Source: Tubiluchus corallicola
Lineage: Eukaryota; Animalia; Priapulida
Direction of reading: 5' to 3'
DNA: 64,000 bases
NCBI GenBank assembly: GCA_030141605.1
Contig: JAQGDQ010000005.1
Span: forward strand, 1,178,180-1,242,179
The notes under the pieces were generated by a model. The model saw only the letters and a list, made by a program, of their open reading frames with translations. It had not been told where the DNA came from and made no database searches. Shown here piece by piece: positions 1 through 12,100 of this stretch. Positions within the stretch are counted from its first letter, which is position 1. The number at the start of each line of letters is the position of its first letter. Both the position numbers and the translations under genes were made by a program.

Positions 1-85
1 ATTTTGAGTGAAAAATTCTTTAATTTAGTTGTTGATTCTAGAACTAGACGGCATAATTTAAAACTGTTTAAAGAACGGTAGCGTC

Positions 86-272
86 TTGACATTCGTAAAT
101 ATTCATTTTTTGTGAGAGTTGTGAATGAATGGAATAATCTGCCAGCCATGGTGATTGCCACACCAACCACAGTAAAGTTTAAATTGTTAATCGACAATTA
201 CTTTGCGGAAAAATATGGGGTTTCTATGAGTGTACTCGCTTAACCCCTAATCATAACAGTATAATAGTATAA
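86..272. repeat. ~190-bp direct repeat, copy 1 (copy 2 at 1091-1276)
   Basis: TTGACATTCGTAAATATTCATT...AAATATGGGGTTTC...CTTAACCCCTAATCAT.ACAGTATAA is collinear with 1091-1276, with scattered substitutions. Confidence 0.85.
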
Positions 273-1090
273 AGTCAGTCATTACTTTTGGTTGCATCTC
301 TTCATTATACTTAGCAACTGTACGAAAGTGTGGTTGCTATGGACTTTGCAAGAGCACATTGAAATTATGTTTAAATCCAGTAGGTGGCTCTTCTTGATGA
401 AGATTTGGGCTTGTCAACAAAAAAAAACCCCAAAGCAAAATGTGCTTTCACGAGCTACTATCGGAGTTTGAAAATACAAGCTTTTTGCATTTGCAGTACT
501 AGTTTCTAGACAGAGAAATGAGCATGCTGTTATAAAATTAAATTTTTGGTATTTTTTGAACATTTTCTTGATAATTTGATGCTAGAATTTAAAAGTCTAA
601 TATATTTAGCTTTTTTTAAAAAAACATGAAATTAACGTTTGACCAAATTTTTGATGCATTCTACTTAGAAGCATCGTGACGTAGTTTTAACTATGCCAAC
701 TTACGGATGCTTTTGGTTTGCAAGTACACACATTATAGTACTAAATGATGTAGTGAACTAAGAGCATCAACTGCGGGGACTTGTAAAATTACATGTTAAT
801 GTTTACACAGGTAGCAAAACTTAGACTTGGTTACCCTTTTCCTTACTTCTATCGGGCACCCGATTATTAAGATCTCAGCATCAGCGAAGAAGTTGAAATC
901 ATTTTTATTCCCAAGTAAAATGAATGCAGATAATTGCAGTGCTATCTTAGCAATAAATATTCAGTCATGTAGGATGAGGGCCTGAATACATGAGCTATGA
1001 GTTATAGAAGTTAGTGCTTTGCCGTGCATGAAATTTGACTGGGTTTTTGCCCGTAACTGCCACTTAAACCATTTAAAGAGTGGTCATGTA

Positions 1091-1276
1091 TTGACATTCG
1101 TAAATATTCATTTACTGTGAGAGTAGTGAATGATGGTATAAACTGCCTGCCATAGTGATTGCCGCGCCAACCATAGTAAAGTTTAGATGCTTAATCGACA
1201 ATTATTTTGTGGATAAATATGGGGTTTCGGTGAGTGTACTTACTTAACCCCTAATCATGACAGTATAACAGTATAA
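1091..1276. repeat. ~190-bp direct repeat, copy 2 (copy 1 at 86-272)
   Basis: Collinear match to 86-272. Confidence 0.85.
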
Positions 1277-1974
1277 CTTATACTGTACACTTTGACAATG
1301 AATCAGTTATATCAATCTAGGTACAGCATTGAGTACTATTAATGCAGCAATATAATAATGTATGTTATTCTTTTTCGTGTGTTGTTAAGCATCTTTATTA
1401 CCAGCCTGAAATAGTTTTTTAAATGTTAATTATTTAAGCATTTTTGGGTAGTTAACTTCTTGGTAAAGAAATCATAGTTCATTTTTTAATCATCCCCTTC
1501 AGCAAAAGTAGTTTGGTCTGCCATGCTGCCAATGCACTTGCAACTAATAGAGGTAATCACTGTTAATCCTCAAGTACTAATGACCAATTCTAATGTGTTT
1601 GAGTGTAAGCTGGCATTGCTAGAAGGTCGTATTTTAATTTTAGATTCTTAAGCAAAGGATATCTTATTAACAATAATGTCTGCATTTTCATTTTTGGGAC
1701 CGGGTAGAATTATCAGGCTCAGGTAATAAACGATGCAGGTCATTGCTCGGGTGTCTGAGGAAAACACTATGCATCTAGTTTCTTAATTAATTGTTTATTG
1801 TTACACTAGAAGATGGATAAATTGCTAATATGTAGTGGTTCTTTAAAATAAACAGCAACTGTATCTGGTTTCAGTAAAAAAGTCCTAGCCTTTTTGGTTT
1901 TTGCAGAGTTACACTGTTATTGCTACTGCAGAATTTCCTGGGTGTGCTGGTTCATCTGTTAGTAACTTTGATAT

Positions 1975-4433
1975 ATGACTGGTAAGACAGTTACATTTGA
2001 TAAAACAAGTATGTGGAAAGAAGTTGTCGTTACTGGCAGTGTTGCCTTAACTTTTGGGGTGGCTGGGACACTTTTACTTAGTGTTCTACACTCATTAATG
2101 ACAAATAAATTGATCAATAAGTCAGTGCGCAAAGTACGACATAAAGTTCTATTTTTTCCTGACTGTGCAGTGTTACGTAAAAATAATGTGAGTGACAGTG
2201 GCAACTCTTCTCATGCACCAAGTGCATTCACGGAACTAATACAAGTCATACAGTGTGCTCAGCAATGCATAGATGTATGTGTTTTTGCAATATCTTGCAA
2301 CCATCTTTCAAACGAATTAACTAAGCTCCATAAAAAAGGTCTTGTTGTGCGTGTCATTACTGATGGACAACAAATGACTTCTCCTGGAAATGATGTTGGA
2401 GAATTGAGAAGCACAGGTGATTGGCTATTCTCAGCAGAGACTGGGAGCTTTGGTATAATATTATCGATCAGGGGAAGCGGTTATACACCAAGCCTCAAAT
2501 CTGCCAAACCTAACCAAATCCAAACTTTTTTAGTTTTATCAATTTTGGCAAACCAAACCTGACCTTAATCTGTTCACAAATACCATGTACTATAGTGAAA
2601 CTGCCCATGTTGATGCGGATATGTGGATCGGTGCCAAATATAAGCAAAAGATTAGCACTGAAAGTCAGGAAACAATGTAGCACTTTCTGGGGGTCTTAAT
2701 CACTGTATATTTTATTACCTGCCTCTTGGCTAAGTAGTCCAAACTTTTTTACTGTAATAAAAACAGTGTGAAAATTTAATGAGGTCATGAGAGTATGTAA
2801 CATTTGGGCAGGGGACACTTGAGCATGAGACATTTTGGCATGGGGCATTTGGGCGCAGGGACACTTGGGCACGAGACATTTATAAAATTTAACGTTGTAC
2901 CTAATTTTCACGATTTTTCTAACTTTTGCAATACTTTTTTTAAAGAATTATCGCTTCACTAAATTAAATATATTTATATATTTCGTAAACGTACAGTGTC
3001 TTCTACTTATATACATGATAAAACCATTAAAACCACTCAATTGACTCTCTTCTTTAATTAAGTATTATGTGTATGTAGTTTTTAAATGCATGAAGTAGAA
3101 GACATTTATATTTTATTAAAATGTGAACAGTGTTTTATTTCAGAAATATCAAGTGCATTACAAAAACTAAAAAAAAAACAGACGAGTGCATCAAAAAAAT
3201 CTACTCGCCAAAACTTAGCGTCCGGACAACTATTGCAATAATTTAACATCATAAATTCACACTACTATATTCATTGAATGCTTGGTGTGCTTTAAAAATG
3301 TATTGTGTGCTCAGTTACAGTAGTTTTATGCATGCTAAGAGAGTTATGCTACAATTGTTTCCAGTTTTAATTACACGATCCCACTCACAAAAATAATTGT
3401 TTCTTTTCTTAGAAAAACTTTACGTGCTTTATAAGTTACGTGGCAATCACTAATCTGACTATGAATGAGGATTCCCAAAAAAGCCTTGCCTACGCATGAT
3501 CGAGTCATATTGAACGTAACAGCTCAACTGATGTGCATATGCTAGCGCCCAAATGTCTCACACTCACTCAAGTGTCAGGCACCCAAATGGCCTTGCCCAA
3601 TTTTCCTGCACCCACATGAGTGCACTCAAATGTCCTCTCCCGGTACGTAATGCATAAAACTATTTATCAGACACAGATAGCTAATTGAGAATAATCACAG
3701 ATCCCCTAATATTTTTAATTCGACTTATAAAGGTCGGTCTGCTGCACTTTTTTGCCATACCGTCTAATTACATTCATCCTGAAAAAGATAATTAATATGG
3801 AGAATAAAATAAATTCTGCAGTGTAAAAGCCTCTTGCGATTTCAGTGATTCACGTCATTTAAGTTTTCTTCAGATCCGTCATATTGCTATTACAGCTTCT
3901 GATAAGTATAAACCAAACTCGAAAACGATACAGGTATAAATATGGATTAAACTTGTAATGATCAAGTCACACATCATACTGTGAATGGTATAACTACACA
4001 CATGGGATCTACTTTCTAACAACAATGTATTAGTGTATAGAGACACTATATAATTGTATCACATAAATTATAATTATTAACATGTATGGCAAAGAGTGAT
4101 AACTCACTTTACTGTGAAAGACTTCCGTTGCACTACAGTACAAACACAAAATATGTTATATTTATTTGCAATACTGAAGTTTTTGTTCAAAGAGCTGATT
4201 TTGTTTTAGGAATTCAAGTCAGACATAATAATTCATCGTCATTTATGCACCACAAGTTCATGATAATAGATGGGGCAATGTTAGTAAATGGATCTTTCAA
4301 CTGGACGCAACAAGCCGTGTTGTGCAACCATGAAAATCTTCTTATTACTAATGACATGGAGATAGTTACGCCTTATATGAAGGAATTTGAAAAATTATGG
4401 GAAAAATATAAACTTATTTCTAGGGAGGCATAG
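1975..4433 (+). CDS. PLD6: Mitochondrial cardiolipin hydrolase / Zucchini piRNA endonuclease (PLD6); coding exons 1975-2416 and 4210-4433, ~221 aa
   Basis: N-terminal hydrophobic anchor followed by basic residues, then VLFFPD, IDVCVF and VRVITD. The phase-1 intron (ACAG|GTGATT ... TTTTAG|GA) joins to GIQVRH. Single HKD motif MHHKFMIID...NGSFNWT...N.EN. Confidence 0.93.
2800..3635. mobile_element. Foldback-like MITE with inverted terminal arrays of ~15-bp repeats, in the PLD6 intron
   Basis: Left array (2800-2881) of (G)ACATTTGGGC-type units; right array (~3546-3635) of reverse-complement GCCCAAATGTC-type units; AT-rich middle. Confidence 0.7.
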
Positions 4434-6154
4434 TTCAAAGCTTGCTAGCAATTTCTCACTATAACTGATTAATTCTGTGCAACTTTACTGTCCATTGTGC
4501 ATAGCTATTAATAGCTTGCTTATGTAGCAAAGTAGTTTGAATTGCTGATAAGGTTGCTTTTAATTTTTCTACTCAGACAGCTTCATGTTCATGTGCAAAG
4601 TCTGTAAAAATCTTTTTACGATTCTTTTACCAGTTTGTAAAGTTTACTGAAGAAAACATATTCAAATAAGCTTTACCCATATATGAAATTGCATTTTTAT
4701 TGGCTATTTTATGTACTACATGTCCAATAGTGCAAGTATAGAGACATCAATGCCAATGATACATTTTGCAATGCTGTAGTGTCAAGTTTTGATTTTACAT
4801 TTTTTATCAAAATTAGTGTACAGTACCTAATAGTAGCAACAAATTACCAGTACAGAGCATTAACTTCATGTTCACGTACACTTAAATTTGCCCGTACAAA
4901 ACTCATTTGGTGTCCATCTGTGGTGTTATCCCTAGCCTGCAAAGATTTCTTGTAAATTGTTAGTTTTGACCATTTCTGCTCGTCACAGATATTCAACTAA
5001 TAGCACCTATGATGCAAATTTTAAACGACAGGTGATTTGTCGCTAAAATAATGGAACTGCAAAAGCTGAACTATCATAACCTTGTCAAAACCAGTTCATT
5101 AATTGGAACATCTGTTTTGGATAATACAATATACTAAAATCATTTGAAGCGACAATCACTTGTGAAACACATCATTAACAGGCACTTGCCATTATTTTTT
5201 TATCAGGTTTCACAAGACTATTAGCAAAATTACATGATAAAAATTCAACTTGCATTGCAAGACTTCATTTATTAGGAACTACCTGTATCCATTTTACATC
5301 GATCTTGCATTTTCCTGATAAACTTAATAAATGCCATCATTAGTACACGTATCAGCCTTAAATGCATTGTTCATAAAGTTGTTCACTCAACAGAGCATAG
5401 GTTAACATTAAATAAAACCACAATAAATACAACACGTAAAGCCTTTTATAAGAGTAATTGTGCGAATGTGCGTGATGGTTACTATCAACAAGATTTCAAT
5501 ACGTGATTATTGAAGTTTGTTTTAAAATGACTTGAATGAGCTCTAAAAGCCAAGTTCAGTGAAGTGAGCTGTTCAACGGTTTGTTTATCTTGGAAAAATG
5601 TAAAGCACTGTGCTCTAAGATTTCATTATTAGCACATTAAAAAAAAGTTTGCACATTCACTTTATAATTGACTAAAACATTTAAAACAGCGGCACATTTA
5701 CAAACTAATATTTTACAACACAAAATGCTGCAAGAACTTTAAGTGCAAGAATTCATTAATCTGGCACAATTAAGCCTATTTATACATCATTCTTGCCTTG
5801 CTAGAACATATTGCCAATATTACAACAACACGGTACATCAGTAGCTACTTTGACAACAGCCTTACAGGTGAAACACGTCTGTTTACAGATGATACATGAC
5901 AACAGCAATGAATAAATTGCTTTAAATTATCCTGTCTTATTTTACCTGATACTTAGTAGCTCATTGGCCAAAATCTTTTTTTAGGTTAAGACGAATGCAA
6001 GTTCTCAGCACTTAGACGAAAACAGTCATGTAAAACAATCTTGTGAGTTTTTTTTGATAATTAAAATTATTAAAGGTATAGATAGATTTTTCTAATAAAT
6101 AGTATAAATTGCACATTTAATGATGGTACACAGGAAGATAAGCTTTTCATTTGT

Positions 6155-9100
6155 TCATGCCACTAAAGGTATAAACGCCATAATGACACAAGCCACCAGT
6201 AAACCTACCAGAAATTTCCAGACCCAAACACGAGTCGAAACCTGTATCTTACCATGTGTTGGACTATCCCTATGATAGCCTCGATCCAAATACCACTGTA
6301 ACATTCCAGACAGATCATTGACTTTTGTGGGTTGGTAACCAAGTTGAGTCTGTGCTTTCTTGATGGAAAAAGTGTGTGTGACAGCCACTTTATAGAGCTA
6401 AAACAACAATCAATTGACTGCAGCAAAAAAAAACTGAATACAATATAATTTTATACTGCTTGACTGAAGTGGACATCATGATAGCCCTGCACTTATCACG
6501 TGCAGTTAATTAACTAGTGTACCTTACAAGTGATCCACAAATGAGATACAGTAAACTACTTATAACTTAAACACCTCAGGACCAGAAAATTGGTCGAGTT
6601 ATGAAAGGGTACGAGTTAGACAATGTTCGTAAGAAAACAAAAATGAGTTGCTCATCAATGTGACAATACACTGCAGCCTGTGAAAATGACAAATTGAACC
6701 TTTTACCAAACATCAAACAACAGTTTTTATGAATAATCCACAATAAAATGATTGGTCTATCTCTATTGTAGTCTCAATAGCAATAATAATATTGTGATCT
6801 AATTATTAAACCATGTTTGTTAAACCACGTTGTGTTCAGCATTCCGCTAAAGTAATACAAATTTTTTTAGCATTTTTGCTGAAACTAGCAGTTAAAATCC
6901 TAATGTGGTGCAGACTTTCGCATAGGTTTTCTCTCTTTGAGAGGTTGTGATAGGAAGGGTAATTTCAGTTAGATTCTTATAAATTGTACCGGGAATTCGG
7001 TTTGAGTTACGCGATAATTCGAGTTACAGATTTCGAGTTATGCAATGTTTGGGAAAGAGAAAAATGAAAGGGAAAATCCGGTTTCATAAGATCTATTCGA
7101 GATACGCAAGAATTAGAGTTATACTTAGTTTACTGTGCCTACATGTATTTCCAATGGACCAGCTGAAGACACATGGTGGCAACTGATTATACAATTTAAT
7201 ATTCCACAGCTTGCAGACTCCTCATTATTTTTGCCCATTTTTTTACATAATAGCAAATTAAAATATAATTCTTATATTCCTTAAGATTATCCATACAGAA
7301 GACATTACGTTTGTCTATTTTTCTCCATAAAACTGATTGAAATGAAAAAATTCACGTTTCTTTATATTCTCCATACAGACTATGACAGTTTGTATTCTCC
7401 ATAGAACTTGTTCGAATGTGGCACAATGCTTTTGGTGATTTTTTTAAATGAGATTTATGTTCTATGCCCACTACTCCATACACGAAGTTTTGAGCAATGC
7501 ATGCACGCACGCGCATGGATTAGCCTCATACATTAGAGCAACTGCATGCCAAGATTTACACAATTCCCATGTAACAACTGAGATACCGAGTTTTTTTATT
7601 TTATGAATTTATGCTTTTGCCTACCACATGGCCAATTTTGTGCCGATTTGCATTGGCTTTGAGACAAAATAGTGCTACCATAAATCCTATGCCACATTTA
7701 AGTTTCCTAACTGCTTTACAAGCTGAGCTATGGCCCTTCTTCAAAAACATGAAGGAGAACAATAACATAGCAAAATAGACCTCTTTATAGGTTTCTTCGC
7801 AAGCTAGTAACCACAAATGTACAAGTAAGAAAGCACCCACCTATAGTGACAATGCAATAATCTACTTACCTCAGGCAAATTCAACATCGGCTCAAAGTCC
7901 ATAAATGTTCTCATTATGGTGCCAAACATATTAGACAGAAAAACTGGAAAAAATGAAGACAGAGAAACATATTATTGAGTGAACACACACATACATTTTT
8001 GCATACGAATCTACCTGTAATTTTTTCTATATGTAGTTTTAATGAATGACCTGTTATTTGAAAAAGCACTGCACACTATTTTCTTGCATTTGTCTGCCAT
8101 AACATATTGCACTGTTTAGGCATATTACCATTAAAATTAATTACGCAAATTGTTAATTGTGGTTAAACGGATGGCGAGATCTAAAAAGTCCATTTCTGCA
8201 TTTGTTATAATAGCAGATATTACATTCTCTGGTATAATGTACTTTTTGACTTCGAGGAATTCAGAAAATTTAGATTAAAAGAAATTGAACAATAAGGTCT
8301 CCATTTTCTACACAAGTGACCAAACACAACAGTCATTGATTTCCACATTTGTTCACAAAGCTTTCCGAAAAGCTTGCCTAATTATCCACAGTTTGCATAA
8401 TAATTTTAAAACACCCAAACTGCCAAATTTTCTGGCCAGCTACAGTCTAGCCTCGTTATCTCACCCCTCGTTATGCCGCCAAACTCATCTCTCGCCATAG
8501 AAAGTACCAGGACGGATTTCCTGCTTTGATATTTACCTCGTTAAGTCACCACCCTCGCTTCTCGCCCTCGCCACGTCATGCTAGGATGAGTGCTTACGTA
8601 AACTATATTCGTTATGTTGCCAAACAGAAAAACTCAAGAGGTGAATCGATCAATACATATAGCGTGTGTCGATCAATATAACCGCGGTATGTAGACAATG
8701 CTGCTGTACTCGATAGATAGACATAATTACTCTAGTGTGTGTCTCACCAGGATTAGATTAGGAGTGCTGTGGTTGGTTAATGCACAGAGAAACTAAAGCG
8801 TCACCGATATCCTTACTCTATAACACCAAAGCTGCGTTTAAGTTTGAGTTTCCACAAAGTGTGAATAACTTTACATGATGACTCTGAAGTGAAAACTGTT
8901 TTGTCTTAATCCTGAACAAAAAAAGGAAATTTGTATTTATCATACGAATAATTCTTCAAAGACACAGCAGGAAATTGCTACTGTATTTAGTGCGAAATTT
9001 GGTGACACTTAGCCGGAGAAGTGTAGGAGATATAATAGCGAGTAAAGAAAAATGGATGCAAAGTCATGGTCACAGTTTCAAAATCTTTTGCTAAGTTTAT

Positions 9101-12100
9101 TGCATTTAAGTGTATACTCGAAAAAGGCTTTTTAAATAAAAAAGTAACATTCTAAGATTATTTTTATGACATTTTTTCATTTCTGATTTAATGTTGATTG
9201 GTATCATAATGCGAAATATATTTTATATGTACATAGAGGAACACTATGTTACTCAACTATTATGTATATACATATAGACTAACTTCGTTATATTCCCGTT
9301 ATGTCGCCATACTCGCCTCTCGCCAAAAATTTTTCCTAGAAGGACAGTGGCGAGATAACGAGGCTAGACTGTATGTAAGCAGTAAAATAGAGAGCTTCTC
9401 AGATTTCATATGGCAAACTTTGAGCACTATTAGAAAGCCATTAGATCAGTTGCCGAGCCCTGCGAGTTGGTGTGATGAGTGTTGTTAACCTAAATCTAAG
9501 TACTAACCGATCTCAGCCTTTGTTACCTTAGTTATCAAAAATGTTGAAATGACAAACATGTGTATAAAAGGACTTCCAAAATACTAGTTGACAGGTGTAG
9601 TTTCTATCCGCACTCCTATTGTAAATGCTGAGCAAACACGTAGAACCAAACTTCAACCTGTTTCTTTACATACCAAAAATATACATCCAAAACATAGGAA
9701 GACGTATCCATGGATATGGGTAACCCAAGCCTTCAATCTGTAACGATTAAAGAGCAATCATATTGAATTTAGCTGCAGTACAGTTAGACATAACATTATA
9801 TTCCACATGTCACAACTTAATATGTTTAAGAAAAGCACAGTTTTTAATTTAAAATGATTTTTCTTGACTCGAATTTGATTGGCTCATATTTGTAATGAAT
9901 TTGATTTGCTCATCTTATTTTCCTTTTTACACATCCTAGTGGAATGAGTGTTTGGGTTAGAAATACAACTGTACCAACTACCAATTATTAATTCAGATCA
10001 TGAGAGCTTGCTCTTTAAGGTGTTTCCAAGGACTCCACCGCCCTTAGTTCGCAAACAGTGTCCACTGCACTGCAGAAATAATTCAGAAGTTGCGTTCTTG
10101 TTGTCCATATGGTATCTCATGACAGTAACAAAGAGTTAAAAAATAATATTGTTAATTCTTCGATCAATCAAGTAAATTTACTAAAGTAACAGGTGGATAA
10201 TAATAACAATCATTGTTACAATGCTATTTAGACTAGTTTGAAAACCTCAGTCAGCTACATAAGCTGTTCAGCTTACATTAATTGTTGACTTCATTGCCTA
10301 CTTTATTATAAATATATAACTTACCAATGTGCGAAAGAATTCAAAGTTGTTGATTGGCTTTCCATCAGCAATATTATACACCTGGCCAGCCTGTTAAAAT
10401 TCATTAATTGAAATTTTAATGAAAATTAAGCTATACACATGCCATTTGATTAGTTTCTTTTAATGTCGAACATGTATTTTTTCACTGCAAATTGTTTCAC
10501 TTAATAACACAAAGAGTAAAAAAAGTTGAACAATCAAACTAACAGCTAATAATAGATGAAAGGTTGGAATGATACTCGGGTGCTCGAAAGTTTGAGATGA
10601 CATATTTTGCAAGCTTAGATGTCACAATGTTGCAAAGCCTATACTTACAGATATATAATTTTTGTCAGCTGTAAGTCCTTCGTCTGCTAATATTTGAGCT
10701 TGTACCAAATTGTCTATGTGAACAAAGTCTGATATCGCATTCTTGCATCCACAACGAAAGACCAATAACCCTTCACGCATATATCGCTGCAACAAGAAAA
10801 CTAACCATTTTAGGTGTGAGCTTATCACACTGATAAATGGAAAGTACTTTTTTAGGGTTGTGGAGTTGGTACCAATGGCCTCCAAGTTCTTAAAATTTTA
10901 GCCTGACTTTAAGGCTTTTTATTAATCAGACTCAGCCAGCATCAGTGGATTTAATACTAAGAACCTTAAGTAAAAGTACTAATTAGTATTTATCATTTAT
11001 CTTTAAGGTTGGAGTACTTTAATCAACTAATCTTGACTTCTCATTACTTGAAGAAACAATGTTCAGTTTCAGTTTATCTGCACTAATTCTACATTGCCTT
11101 AAAAATGCATTATATTAACCTGGAGCCAGAGTCAATCAGGTATTTGTCGAACTGATTTCCCCCAAAATTGACTGACTGCTGAATTCCGACTCCTCACACC
11201 ATAGATTATCTTTCCATAGATGAAATTTCAATAATTCCTGTAACTAATGTCACTGATTTCTTTTGTTTTCAACAGTGCCTTGCAAGGTAGCTTATATACT
11301 TGCTTGACACTACAGATATGCGCATACACTAATGTCTTGACTTCCAACATTAGGTAGTGAAATGTTGCAGTTATTGGCAAATCATGTGCAATAAAACAGA
11401 CTTGAAACAGTTTTCTGCCAAAAAAGTTGCACCATATTTTAACTAAGTGTTTTAAGCAAACTCATAATCAATAAACAAATAAATATGAATAATACTGTAG
11501 TTTCTCTTAATGGGGGTAACTATTAAGTAATTGGATAATTTTGACTACTGTGTAATTTCTGTCTGCATCTTGACTCTCTGCTTATCTCAAAACTAATCCA
11601 ACTGCCCCTGCACAGTCTGGAATCGTATTAAAGCCTTTGAAACTAAAATTTTATAAATACACCAGGTTATAATTAGGGTAAGTAGGTGCCCAAATGAATT
11701 ATCAAATTTTTCCCAGATATAAAATAAATACTTTGTGAACTAATATACAATTGTGTCTATACATCTTGATTGATCCTGCTTGGCTAACGTTGTGAATGAA
11801 GAGTAAGAGTATTATATGTATAAAGCTAATGCAAAAAAATAAGTCAAGCAAACACACCACAATTCTGGGAAAGTGTCTCTGTTCACCAGGTCCATAAATG
11901 CCAACACTGCGCAGTACTGTAGTATAAAGAGTTCCACCATCTGATGTTTTGCTTCCATTTGCAGCACGAATCAGTTGCTCAGCTATACTTTTTGTGCGTG
12001 AATAATGGTCCAAATACTAATCATTAGACAAAAACATAAACAAAATGTAAAAACTGTTAGTTAATCGCAATCTCTGTAAAAAAAGATAAATGCCCTAAAA

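Noticed and set aside
1959-2204. 81-aa minus-strand ORF
   Set aside because: Antisense shadow of PLD6 exon 1
2696-2911. ORF with repeated xxxAQM units
   Set aside because: Translation of the 15-bp MITE array; not a gene, and not CRISPR because there are no unique spacers
8807-8816. ATATCCTT, resembling a U12 5' splice site
   Set aside because: Lies inside a MITE and on the strand opposite the host gene; no matching exon
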